From: the human T2T-CHM13v2.0 reference genome, Homo sapiens
Direction: 5' to 3' (one strand)
Assembly: GCF_009914755.1 (NCBI RefSeq)
Contig: NC_060926.1
DNA: 64,000 nt
A program made the translations under genes and the position numbers. The notes under the pieces were generated by a model. The model ran no database searches, was not told the origin of the DNA, and saw only the letters and a list, made by a program, of their open reading frames with translations. Positions within the stretch are counted from its first letter, which is position 1; each line of letters starts with the position of its first letter. Positions 26,601 through 42,062 of this stretch are shown piece after piece.

Positions 26601-29600
26601 GAGTCTCCTTATGACCAGGGTCCCACGGGAGGACCACAGCTCAGAGAACACCACACAGTCAGTCCGTGGTTCTGTAGGATAAATTATAACCCTGCAGCAG
26701 AAAAACCCACTCCGCAAAGCCCTTCAGCATCTAAGCTCTGCCTATCATCACCCTAGCTCTGGGGAGACCCCCGTGGTTGCAGCTGCATAGGTGAGGAAGG
26801 AGCCCTCATGGAGAACACAGGCTTCAGAATGCCTGGATTCCTGGTGCTGGAGACTTTTATCACTTGTTGGCTATGATGGAAGCTGCAAAAACACATTTTC
26901 CCCGAAATATGATGCAGCGATTAAAAATAAGATATATGACTTATATGCTAAGCAGAAAAGCAGGTTTCAATCACATTGTGATTGCACAAAAATGCAAACA
27001 TATCTGTGAGAGTGGTGAGTTTATACATATTTTTTCTTTTTTCCAAGTCTTTTCTTTCTCAATTTTTTGAGCTTATATTAGGTTTATGTCCAAAAAGTCA
27101 TTGAAAAACTTCCTTGCTCGACTGATATTTTCTCCCCTTTGCTAAGAGGATGCATTTGTGCCAGAAGCAGGTGCTTTTATATATCAGGTAGATTTTTTAT
27201 CCTTGTTCAGTAAGAGTGCATGATGAACGCCATCAGCACTTGGCCAAGGGAGAGGGACATGAACGGTGAGAGCTGAGGAATGGGACCTGGCTGCTCGCAC
27301 GCCTGTGCTGGGACAGGCAGGGGTTCCGGGCGCGGCCATGGCTGTGAGCAGTTCTGCTGAACTCTGCTTGCTCTCAGTTGGCTCTGAGACCAAAAATTGC
27401 CTAAAATAGGTCACCTGTTTGTATCCTAAATTGTAGAAAAAAAAAATGCATGATAATGACATCTTCCTAATTCAACATGAAAACTAACTGGGACCAGGGA
27501 AGTGCTGGGGTCCCCCTCCGTGGACTAAGCTTTTCTCTGCAGGTAGTGCTAATTAATGCATCAGCAAGCTTGGGAGAGAAATATCGAAGATACAGGTGGA
27601 AACAGGCTTCCAAGAACTTGAAGGCCCCAATTATTAGCCATGTATGTGTTAATTACGTCGGGTTTATTTAGTCACTGAAGGAGGTGGCCTGTGGCCCTCT
27701 CTTTGATAACACCTGATTAACTAAATGTGAATTTCTGCCCATGCTTGAAAGTAATCAAGTTGCATGGTTTTTCACAATAGTGTAACTGAGTCTTTCCAGT
27801 AACTTCTATTGAGTGCTGCCCCAGTGCTCGTCCCAAACAGTGAGGTTTGCACTCATCTCACCGTGCAGCTTGCAGGTATTCCATTCTGAAAATGGTAACA
27901 CTGACATTTACTTCACATTTAATCTGTCTACAAACTGCATTAAACAAAAAAAGATACCAGTATATTAATAAAAAATTATTAAACTGTTTGTCAGTGGCTT
28001 AGTAGTATAAGCCAGATGCTTAAAAAATATAAACTGTTCAGTTTCAGAAATGGAATATTCCTACACGTTTGTTAGAATGTAATTCTAATTAGAATTAAGA
28101 TAATTTCTCTTGTTCTTTGTGTAGTAAAAACCACACAAAGAACAATATAAAATAAGTGTAAGGTTCTCTTGGGCACTGTCCAGTGTGTACACCTGCTTGG
28201 TGTATGTGGGCATTTAAGTTTGAATTAATGAAGATGAAATACGATCAAGAATGCACTTCCTTAGCCACGGCAGCCTCATTCAAGCAGCTTGTGACTTTCA
28301 TGTGGGACAGCACAGAACAGGCAACTTCATCCCAGAAAGCTCCATCGGGCATTTCAGGCTCTCATTTCCATAACCAAGTCACATTTTATTTTAATTATTA
28401 GAAAGCTTTTTCTTAAAAACATCAGGTAAGTGTGGGATGTCCAACCTCTTTACATTCTTATAATATTCTCAATTTCTCTTTGGAGGTAGACGAGATGTCT
28501 CCATCTCTCATTCATGAACAGAAACATGTAATCACCTGTAGAACCTAGGGACTTTTAAAATGTCATTAAATGGAATTGACTAGTGTCAGAAACAAACCTC
28601 TTTCTGTAAAAATGCAAAAAAACAATACAAGAGAAGAGAAGAGAAGTAATTTCCCTGAGTCACCACCCCTGGAAGGCCACAGATCACATGTAAGAGAGAG
28701 CACAGCAATAGGTTGAAATTGCAGACGTGGCTGTGAGCTTTCCTGCTTCCCCGGCCCCTGTGCACCCAACGGCCCTTGAGTTCCTTCAAAGCCTTTCACT
28801 CAAGAAAGCGCCTGGGAGAGAACGAGTCTCTCCTGAAATGGCCAGGAAATCCCAAATCCTTGTCAATCATTTCCCAAAGGGAGCATCTACTTTATTTCCA
28901 ATTTCATTCATTTTGCTCCAGGGAACTATAAATTAGTGAAGTGTTTACTAGATTAAAACCTCAGATGTACAATTAAAGGACAACATAACCTCCTCATTCT
29001 GACTAGACTCTCCCATCACAGAGTGCTGGCTTCTCATCCTTCTTGCTGCCCAGAGTCAGATGTGGGGGCCCATGAAGTCCAAGAAAGCTCACTTCTCAGA
29101 GCCACTCCAGAGGAGCCCAGAATTCCTCCAAATTAGAAGAGGCCAAATTTAATTAGGTGTGAAATATGAAGAGACCTCAAACAATGTAACATGTCTCATG
29201 AAAGGAAATGTGTCCATCTTTGAAACCTAGACCAAAAAATAACAAAAAATGTGTGTGTGCAAAGTAATAATATATATTTATAGTTTAGTAATATATGTGT
29301 ATATATATTTTAAATAACTTTAAAACTTCAGTACTTACAATTATAAGGACAATAAATTCTTCCTTCTGTTCATGTGTGACAGGAATACTGTATATATTAA
29401 AAAGTCATCCGGAAGTTAAAAAATCAATGTATTTAAAAATTTTTGAAATAGGTTGTATAAGATGCATTATTTTACATTTGATTTGATGACATGATTTTTG
29501 TTTGAAAGTATGCAATACAATTCAGTAGTTTCTGATGTTTGTATTAAATGTTTCATAATTTTGAAATGAAAGAATGGAATGCTAAGAAACATTTCATTAA

Positions 29601-29955
29601 AAATCTTCCTCATGATTTTCTTCTGAATTTAAAATGTTCCAAAATTTGTCACAATAAAAACCAAAAACATCACAAAGCCAGCTTCAGTGAACAGTTAGGA
29701 ATTTACCTTAATTCCCTGGGAGAGTCGAGCTCCCTACCTCTGAGTTCAATCAAGCCACCATCCTTGAAAACTGCCTTTTAGATGGCTTAAGGCAAACAGA
29801 TCAATTTGGTCAAGAAGCCGGTAAATATGGCAAATTAAAGATAAAATAAAATGTCAGTAGAAGCCACCCTCTCTTCAGCAAACAATATGCTGACGCTGCC
29901 AAAGTGTAGGCTGCAAAGGTAAAAACATTCTTGGCCTGAGCAATGAATGAGGTAA

Positions 29956-30107
<152 letters not shown>

Positions 30108-30990
30108 AGAACACTTTTAAATGAGACTTTATTTTCTTAACTGACTGTAGATGGGGCAGTCAGGTCTACATGCAGCATGTTTCATTTAGTTTTCAGAAGA
30201 ATGAATAATGAAATATAAATGAAAAATGGAAAAGTTTCATTTTGTGGGGATTTTTGTACACAGTTGTTGTCAGTGGTAACAGGTATTGAATGTCAGGTGT
30301 GTGCTTGCTACCAGTACTGTCCCGCTTCACAGGGAAGGAAACTGAGGCACAGGGAGATTGACAGTGATCTCCAATGACTGGAAAACCCATGGTCTGCGTT
30401 TTCTTTTGCACAAAGAACCTCTCCATGAAAAGCAGAGCATCTTGGCCACTGGCCTCTGATCCTGCCACCTCTTGCCTCCTTGTATTACCCAAGTCTGAGT
30501 TTTTACTCAGTGAATTTTAATATTTTCTTCATCAAAACCAAGACAATGGCGAGGCATAAACAGACGGACCTGCACTGCGTTTCAAATATTGCTGGAGAAC
30601 TTTAGGAATGTTTCATCAAGCCCTTTAAAAAGCTGAACACTAAAGGTTCTCGATGTGGTGGTTGTTTTGTTTTTGGCTGGCTTGTGCGTCAGTATAGTTA
30701 GTTAAAAGAAGTCAGATTCAGCCCAAACCCCAATGCCTGGGTCCCTCCCTTAATAATCCAGGTCTCAGGCTTACTGTGAGAGGAGGAGGAGGCAGGAAGA
30801 AAGATTCGCAGCAGGGACCCTCCCCACTTGTAGCCTCTTCCACTGGGCCTAGGGAGGCTCCTGCTGCTGGGCTCGCCCTGACAGTGGACTTGAGAAACAG
30901 AAGGAAAGACCGAGGCATTTCTGGCTCATCTTCCCTCAACAAGAAACTCCGTGAACCAAGACCTGGGTGGTTTATTGTTGGTTTGCAGGT

Positions 30991-30993
<3 letters not shown>

Positions 30994-31036
<43 letters not shown>
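30994..31036. repeat. (GT)n microsatellite
   Basis: About 21 perfect GT units. Confidence 0.95.
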
Positions 31037-31037
<1 letters not shown>

Positions 31038-31520
31038 TGAAGTCATTTTGAAACATTCTTGTTTTAGAAGTTTTACTGTATTATGCTTAATTGTATTTCC
31101 TATATTTTAATTTCTCCTACTCATTATGATAAAATAAAACTCCAATAGGCTGTATTTTGTAGGATTTTTTTTGTAAATGCCGTAGTGCAAACTTTATAAA
31201 CCATTTGCAGATGTGAAAATGTAAATGGTAGCACTGGGTCCCTGGAGGAGCAAGTTGAAAATGCATTCAGCTGATTGTGAGGAGTGGGCGTGTCAGCTTT
31301 CCACCAGGGATGTGGCACAGTGCTGGGGAGGTGGCCACCACTGGGCGGGTCTCAGCTCAGCTCCCTGTGCGGGTCACAGGGAAACTGCACAAGGCCAAGT
31401 GTGGAAATAAAAATAAATTCTCTGTGTGTGTGTGCATGTGTATGGCTGTAGTCATCGCTAAATGTAAACCTTTAATTCTCAATCACAAAGCAGCACACTG
31501 AAGGTGGTGTTATTAATGAT

Positions 31521-31612
31521 TGAGGAGCAGGCATGAAGCGTGGGGAAGATTCTGAGCTCGGGCTTTGCCCTGATTTTGAGGAGCAGGCATGAAGCGTGGG
31601 AAAGCTTCTGAG
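31521..31612. repeat. 56-bp-period duplication
   Basis: tgaggagcaggcatgaagcgtggg..ttctgag x2. Confidence 0.85.
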
Positions 31613-31654
31613 ACAGGCTTTGTCCTTGCAGTCGATTGTCTCTACATCTCAACT

Positions 31655-31745
31655 GGGCAGTCCAACCACCTGTTCCTCAGTTCTCACATCCGTAAAATGG
31701 GTCTAAGCACCCCTTCCCCGCTTTCCTCACGAAGGTGACAGTCTG
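31655..31745 (+). mobile_element. MIR fragment
   Basis: gttcctcagttctcacatccgtaaaatggg. Confidence 0.55.
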
Positions 31746-34700
31746 TGCAGAAGCATTTTGTCCATTGTCAGGCACCCTACAAGCCTGCAGTATTTCAGCA
31801 CAAGCGGGTACCACCACAGATCTGGGGAAGGCTCTGGGGCAGGAGCTCAATCCCCGTGCCCTGGGCCGTGCTTGCTGGAGCCCCAGTGGACGCTATGCAC
31901 GGGAGTGACCCACACCCGAGAAACCCCAGGCCATCACCTCTTCTCCCCCGAGACATTCCCATTCACGCGCATGGCTGATCACGTGCACCCGGGTGCTCTC
32001 GGGTGAGCCAAGTCAGCTGCCGAATGGTTCAATTCTTTATAACAGAAACAAGGGTGCTACAGGAGCAAGCTTCGAAGTGGGAGATCACACATTAGCTCTC
32101 CTCCCAATGTGGAGGCTGAAATCACACAGCTTTCTGTCCTAAAAGAGCTGAATTTACACAGAGGTCAACTCATTCCCCTGATAAGGAAATACGGCCTCCT
32201 GGTAAAGAAACCAGACCCCAGCCGAGGGCAGTTGTAATTCACAGAGTTCTGTGGATTGACTATTGTAAACTGTGAAAGCAAAAGATTACCGAAATGAGGA
32301 TTATTCCTAAGAACTTGGTGAGCAGTCAAAGCGGATGACCTTCCTGCACCCGAACAATGGAAGCTGTGGGGTGAGCAAAGCTCACATCTCCCTCCAGGAG
32401 AGCCTGGTAAATAATCTCCCTGTGCCTGCATTAAGTTTACAGTGGAGAATCTAAGCCTCGGGATGGTCTAGAAATAAGTAGCCTTAGCAAAAAGCAACAT
32501 CTTGACCTACATTCAAAATGTTAATTCTTTGATTTATGATGTATTTTAAAATGCATGTAACCAGGTTAAAAAGATGTGTTAGATGTGGCTAAAATTCCTG
32601 TATGCTCAAGCTGAAAATGCCTAGGATACAAGCCTAGGGACTACTGCGCGTACGGGACCATCGCAAGGCCAAGGGACCAAAAGTACAATCTGCTCACTGC
32701 CGTGATGACTCAGTCCAGGCTGAGACATCAGGAAAACTAACAAGTGTCCCAAGGTTCTTTTTCCTACAAGGAGTTACACTAATGTCGGGACTCGTGGTAT
32801 TATAAGATAAAGGCATGGATAATAAGGAGGAATCTTAATTTGGCCAACCGAAGCATCAATGGAAGCCTATTTGTTGGCTCCTCTTAAGAGCCAATTCTCT
32901 GTGATCGAAATGAGTTTGTATTTGGCTCACATTGGTCATACCTACACCATGCCCATGTCAACAACGGCACACATATCTGGAAGCAGAAAAACATAATTCC
33001 TGGCTGGGAGAATATGGTTCCTTAAGAAAATGAAAAAGAAAAAGAAAAGGCTGACCAGCTCTGATAGGTTTTGCAAGCTCTTTCCTGCTGTTTCTTTCAG
33101 GGAATCCTAGCAAATGAAATGTCACGAGAAGAAACTTTTCTGAGAATCAGAGCTCATGGTGGGCAGAGTTCTCACCCCCCAAAACTCTAATTTGCACAAA
33201 TGTATTCTTTTTCGCTTTTTGGCCTGTGGTCTCAGTGAACGTCACAGCCAGGCAGGGCTCACGGTGACCCTGTGAGGTCGACTCCTAGAAAGGGCATACA
33301 AGGTGACGGTGAACTCCACCTCAAAGCATCGACGCGCAAAAGTCTGCCAGGCACAGAGGCTTTCGGAACTGGGTGTCCCTCCTCCGTCTGCCTCCTCGAA
33401 GTGTCCCTTTTACCCTGGGGGCTTCCTCCCTGACTTCTGAGCCTCTGAACTATGTCTTCGACACACCAGATGGGCTAGGGAGCAAAGAAAGCAACAGTCC
33501 CAGAGTTGGAGTAAGATTCAGGTGCACGTTAAATTTTAATCCAGTTTCAGTTTACATATTATACATAATTAGACAATGAAGTGATGGATTTTCTTTTCAA
33601 AACGTCCCATGTTTGCTGCTTTGGGTAAGACCAGGCAAAGTGTTATCTCAGGAAGTTTAAGAGCTTAGAGGATCCAAGAGCGAGAGTTTATCTGGAAAAT
33701 TTGTTTTGTCCATGATCAAGAATGTCCTGTTAAAGGCCAAATATCACAATTCAGTGTTGGAAGTGACAAGAAGAAAATTTCCAGAAAGTTCCATTTGTTA
33801 GCTGACATGTATTGTAGAGAATAATTTTGGGGGTAATTGGGGCCCACTTTCTACTATGTGTTTATGAACGATTAGAGACTGTTACAGGACACAGTGAATG
33901 GCTTAATATCACGATGTTAATCAGGGACGATGCTGCTGCAGGACAAATTAACCAAACCCTTGAAAATATACACAAAGAATATAAAAAAGGACTCATGCGG
34001 GAATTATTCTAAAGAAAGTTGTTGCGAGTCATGAGGGGCTCAGTCCATGCTCCTGGGCTTGAGAGACCCACTCAACAGATCTTGCTGACCCAGATCCAAC
34101 AAGTAACAGATAAAAGGGGTCACCAATTACAAGGTTAAAGCAAAGAAATTATAACATGTGGTTATACCATGAAGCAACATTTGGTCATTGAAACATTAGT
34201 GTTTTTATAGAAGATGCTTGATTGAAATTCTTAGTTTTGAAGATCCATTCATAGAAAGGGACAATTTAAGAAATTCAGTCAAGTTCAGATTTCCCAGAAA
34301 GGCTCTATCAGAATAGGATTGACTTTTTGCAAAGATAGGTTTAGACACATGTGTGGCTTTTCGATCAACCAAAATTAGCAAAAGGCCATCCACCTCCTGT
34401 AAGATACAGTCTCCCCTCCAGGACAAGACAGGAAGGAGGGGCTGCCCATGCGCACCCTGCCCTGGAAGGCATGAAGAGCTAACCGGCTCCCTCGGAAAAT
34501 GCTAAAGGTGGGGACCGTCACACCATCTTGCAAGATGAAGTAAGAGAAGAAGAAAGTGCCGATGCTGGAGAAACAGCAAGTTGGCTCGGAATTTCAAATC
34601 AACATAAGCCGCCAAGCCCAACGTGAAGGGATGCAAGCCAAAGAAAACGAATCCCTGCAGTCTCTGACCAGTTAGAGGCAACACTAGAAGCAACTTTTAC

Positions 34701-36172
34701 AGAGGCTGTTTTCCTGTCTACAGCTGGCCTGTTGGAACTGGAGATGTGCCAATCTTTGGCAAAGTGTCCCTCATCAAGAAATTCAAAGGAATGCTGCCAT
34801 GTTCTGATGTATTGGCCAAGTTCCAAGTGGAGTTAGTCATGTTTTGACCATGAGGGAAATGTGGTTTCGAGCCATACAAAAGACGCCTGAACAAAGTGGG
34901 TTGAACTGCTCTTGCTAATGCTGTCCGTTTTGAGATCCTAAATCTACTTTTCCATGAGGCACTGTTTTGGATGAGGCTACAGACTTTACAGCCGTTAGGT
35001 AAGAGGAAGCCCTCCAGGCGTTTACATTCCATGAAGAAAGTTCCAAGGGTCTTGTGGCGAAAGAGCTAGTTCAGGAAGTCACTGAACATAAGCAGGTGAT
35101 CTAGGGCCCTAGGGCCTTGGACAGGGATCCTGTAAAAGATGACATGGGTGTGAAATAGAAGCCTACACTTTGCAATAGTCCTGGTCTATCGTCAGGGTCC
35201 TCGGATGCCGAGGTGGGGTGGGATGATTGGGAAAGAGATCAAATGTGGGTTGAAAAGCAGCATTATCTTTGCCTGGATAACGCTTTTTCCAAACAAAAGG
35301 AAAACCAAGCAATTTGACATAATGATATGGCCTGTCCGATAATTTAAATCGATTATCTGGGGACTCCTGGCTCTCATCTCGCTGTGAGCATCTCCCAGGT
35401 CTCACCCTCTTTCCCTGTGTGCACCTGCACGTATGCTCTCCCCGGATTGCGGAGGCTTTGAGACTCCCCCTGTGACTTCTACCCACTTCTTCCAAACCTG
35501 TCTGGACCTACATCTAGAGATGTCTATGTGAAGGAGGAAAATCTCAGTGTTGCAGTATAAATGTAGGTATTTCACCAATTTGCCAGATTTATGCTTAAAA
35601 ATTATAGGCATAGAGAAGAGGGAGGTAAAACTCTAGAATGATGTGTGTCTGGTTGAATTCCATGACTCTCCGGATCCCCGAACCGTGAGTTGTCACTGTC
35701 CTAAAGAGTATTCATGACTAAGACCACAGTGTATTTAAGAAATTAGCTATTATGATGGTAGATTTTGTCATAAGTGCTATTTAAGTATCCATATTGTAAA
35801 TACTGCTATGAATTTCTTTTAAAAATTAAATTTTGATTATTTACAGTCATTTTCTAAAAATTTGAGTAACTGTAAAATTTCCCTTCCATATGCATGCATA
35901 TCTGAAGAGAAAACACCCATGCTTTAGGATATTCCAGATAGGAAGGATATGATATGAACAAGCTGGAGGTATGTCAGGGGAAAAGGCAGAATGGGTTGTG
36001 TGGAAAAGTGGCTGAAATTCCGAGGATTCAATCCCATGTCTACATCAAGGCACTGGGGTGCACAGGCCATGTTTTTTAACAGACATTTTTCTTTGCAAAT
36101 GACATATCATTTTTTTTTGTGAACTACTGAGTGCATGGATTTTTAAAAGAGAATTATTGTCATTAAATCTTA

Positions 36173-36268
<96 letters not shown>

Positions 36269-36614
36269 TCAGTCAACTGCGAAGCGCGTAACTCCCAAAC
36301 AAACACAACATAAAAACCGAAATTAAAGAGTTTAATGCAGAAAAGCAATGGGCAAGTGCTGTATATTGAATTTTTTTTTGTGTAATTAATTCTGAATCGG
36401 TTCGAATATAAATTTAAGAAAATATTTCTTAATAAGCAATTGTTTAAAAATAAGATAAAACATTTGTGCTCTTTGGCTTAAATGCTTAAGAAGAATTTTA
36501 CAAATTTAGGTCGTTTATTTGAAAATAAAAGACATTATACAACACATAAATTAGCATGCTTTTGAAGGTCAACATATAGCACTTAAAGGGTTGACACAGA
36601 ATTCAACATTTTTA

Positions 36615-36800
<186 letters not shown>

Positions 36801-37121
36801 TTAAAAAAAAAAAAAACTTTTAAAAAAGTTTCATTGTTTCCAGTTTAGCTGCAATGTCTGCAAGGGGATTTAAGCACCCTGAAGAAAAGCGGCAAAATGC
36901 ACGGGTTAAATGAAAATGACGCCCCCATCCGACAGAGCGTCACTGGGAACAGGCAAGTGCACGGTTAGCTGCTCACTCTACTGACCCAGCAGTCGGAAAC
37001 ATTTATATGCTGCGAATGTCGCATGCTCAAACGGCAAGGCATATACAGATCCAGTTTTAAAAAATCAGCCAAAGAATGGGAAGATTAAGAAGATTCATAA
37101 TTTCACCTCACAGCATGCTTA

Positions 37122-37331
<210 letters not shown>

Positions 37332-38860
37332 CTACATCTTACACCTCTTTCTGCTGTACCTTTAAGATCCTTTTGGTCCTGATAACGCCCCTACTGAAAA
37401 TGCATATTGAACTTTTCTTCCACTGCTCTAAACTCCTAAAATGATGGTCACCTGTCAGTGGTCAGGGCCCTTATTCAATATTCACCTGGCTGTGCTCATC
37501 ACATGGACACACACACGGTCTGGTAGCCAGAGACTACATTTAACTTGGTCTTCCTCATCCAGCATTCAGCACACACCTGTGGGTGGCTGCTTTATCCAAC
37601 ACTTGCCTGCAAAGATTCAACACTGGAACTACAGTGTCTTAGGGCTGAGCTTTCCCCCACCATTGGTCAGTATTTTACAAGCACATGCTTTAAGATTCAA
37701 GGTAATGGAGACCAATTTAGAGGAATGTAACTGTAAATTTCCTTTTCCCTTGTGTGTTCAACTGCAGTAACGTAGATGTTTCTACAGGTGGCAATGCTCA
37801 GCAGACACTTTCCTAAGTGTAGATACATGGGAAGGTTTGTCTTCCATGATGATCCAGGATGAAAACACTTCTGTCATTTTAGGAGGGCTTACTTTCAATT
37901 AAAATGAATTTGGAGATTCAACCACCATGCCTTATTTGGTAGTAATGATTCAACACTGCGGGAGAAAAAAATACTTAGAAATTTAGCTTGCCACTCTGAT
38001 TTGGTTCTTTTTCACAATGCCTGGATATTGAAATCAATTTGAAGAATGCAGATAATAGGCTTATAAGCAGGTGCCCTCTCTGCCAATTTCTACATGGGGC
38101 TAATATTTCTTTTTTTTCCATTTCCTTGTTTCTGTAAGACACTAGTGCTTCGATGGTGGTCTCTCTATTGTACTAAAAACACATTTCATTTTTCAGTGAA
38201 GAAAGAAGATGTCATAAGACTTTAAAGTCGGTACATAAAGAAAACATTTTTCTTTATTTCTTTTCAAAGCCTAAAGGGCATTATATCTATTTTAATAACC
38301 TGAATTTGAACACTGTAGCTACTTCAAAAGTATGTTCTTGACATAGATGTTTTAGTAATACTGTCATAAACAAAGACTTAGGTGATGGTACTAAAATAGT
38401 TTATTCAAGGCTAAACTCTTTTGAGTACTTAGGTTTCTTAGAGAAGGGACACTGTCCTTAGTTTCGAAGGGCTAGTTAATTAATAGCACATAGTTAACCA
38501 TTTAACTATCTAAGACTCCTATTAGAATTCTCTACCTGCAAGGAAAATCCTGTATTGTTTCAACAGGACACCCAGAAAAATGAACTCAGGTGCTATTTAT
38601 ACGTTTTCTTAGAGTAATCATTTGTAACAAAACATATTTGTTAGAAAATAAACTTTATCATTTACAAGAGTCAATACTTTGTTTCACTCTAATCAATGTT
38701 AGTCGCAAATCTCTTCTGGGTCAACAAAAACTGTTTTCTAAGTCCTCCTCAGCTAAAGGTCATATTTAAAGAGAAAATATATTTTCTCATAACGTATGTG
38801 CAAATGGCTTTTCTTTCAGCTGGGGCCCCATTTTTAAGTCTGGCAGTCAACACAGGCTCA

Positions 38861-39247
<387 letters not shown>

Positions 39248-39680
39248 CTAAACTCCCAAGGCGGACAGGCCTTGTCTGGTGGTACATTCCTGCTATCCCA
39301 CGCTTAGCTGCAAAATTGGTTGGAGAATCCAGGCATCCATCCCGCCATCCCTCTCTCCCTCCCTCCCTCCATTTCCCTATTTATCTACTGTCTATCCTCT
39401 CTCTCTCCTTCCTTTTTGTCCTATTGTATCTCTGATTTAGAGTTTGTTCAGAAGAAAATTACAAAGTGCTTAATTTTAATTTTATTACCGTTGCAAATAC
39501 CTAAGAGATAAAAATTTTGTGTGTATGCATGTGTGCATATACATGTATGTGCATGTGTGTGTGTGTATAAACACACATATATCAGCTTAAAAATTCTCTT
39601 TTTTATTGATGCTAATAGTTCAAGAATTAGGGAGGAGGATAACAAAAGAATTAGAAGGATGAAGGAAGGAAAGAGAATAA

Positions 39681-40007
<327 letters not shown>

Positions 40008-41554
40008 TAATAAGAACTTTTATAATGAAGATAATTTTCCACTTTACGAAAGAAGATCTGCAGTTGTAGCTAAAAATACCTTTACTACAGTGATTACCGT
40101 CTGATCTCTAGATTTCAGCAAACCTGCAATTTAGTCTACTGGCTTAAAAAAAAACCCCAAAGAGGTACAGGGTGAGGCTCTTTCATTTTTTAAATGATGC
40201 TTTGAAATGCATCAATAATTCTGCAGCACTTGCCTCTCAGGAAGAGAGTCAGAAGAATGGACACATGGACAGAAAGTTAAAAAAAAAAAATCAGAATACC
40301 CCTAACAATCCTGCATGTTTTTCCCCAAAGAGTGACACTCTCCTTAGCAAAATTTGATTTCAGAGCTGGTCTGAAAGCTGCTGCCTCCTCAAGGGTCTAG
40401 CAGCTCTCTCCTCTGGATGCAACAGCAGAAGGAAGATGCTTGGAATGAGACCTCCATCCCCGGAGCTGTTACCTTGATAAATTATACAGTATCATTCTGC
40501 CTGAACTCTCTTTGTCAAAGTGTACTCTGATTTGAAGCTTTGATACTAATTTAAGCTTTATAATGTTGGATTTATTCTCTCAGTCTTAGTTTAATTTTAA
40601 GAAAGTGCAACAAAATTTGGAAGGGGTCTCTGCCTTTTATTTTATTTTTTTTGTGGTTGCCACAGAATCTCTTCCATGCTAACCTTGCATTTTTGCAACC
40701 TTGATCACCATGAAAACTGCATGCACCTGACTCTTCTCCAATATCTAGGACTAAATATACTGATAGAAGAAAAAAACATTTGCAAAACGTAAGATTACTG
40801 ACCTTTCTTCATTCATACCAACTACAAATATTTACAAGAACCACTGTCAGTGTGGTCCACTCAGGTACATGGCCAGGCAGCGCTACACAGTGGAGAGCCC
40901 TTTGTTTATCAGGAGAGGAGGTGAACATGTCCGCTGCTCAGCGTCTCCTCTGAGAACACAATCTGACCGCTCCCTGGCACCGCCTGGTTCTCCCCAGCCG
41001 CCTGGTGGCCTCGGCGAGGCAGCTGTCTCCCAGGTCTGTGCTGCATCTTAAACGCTCTCTCTCCTGCCCAGCATAAGCACTGGTTCAATTGATAAGAAAA
41101 TTAAAAATAGACACTCTTCCTATGCCTTTCATAGCACTATAGCATCCATGAAAATGTGGAACTGACGAGTGCTGGCTGTAAATACACGGCTGATCCCTTG
41201 GTGTGAAGTCTGATTTTTACTTCCTTTCCCTGCTACCCAGGAGTCCATAGGCAGATCCCTGCATTTCACGTGACAATGGTGCTAGCAGAACTTCCTGTCA
41301 AAGTTCAAGGAGACCCACGCTTCGTTTTGCATGCTCTGTGCGGTCACTGGAGACCACAGGAGGCCCACGTGGTGTCCTTTGTTTACAGAAATGCTTCTGG
41401 ATCCTGGAGAGAAGGATCCATTCACGCACGTTCATCTACAAGATCTGACCCTTGCCTCTGATTTAGAAAATGGATGCGCTTTGGACAATGGTGTGTTCAG
41501 GCTGCGTTAAGGGAAGCTGCACTAATTGTTCACAGTGGCGAGAATGGTTTAGGA

Positions 41555-42062
<508 letters not shown>

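Noticed and set aside
36813-36831. Inverted AAAGTT pair (MYT1-family DNA motif) next to the cassette exon, suggesting autoregulation
   Set aside because: Embedded in poly-A/T low-complexity sequence and expected by chance
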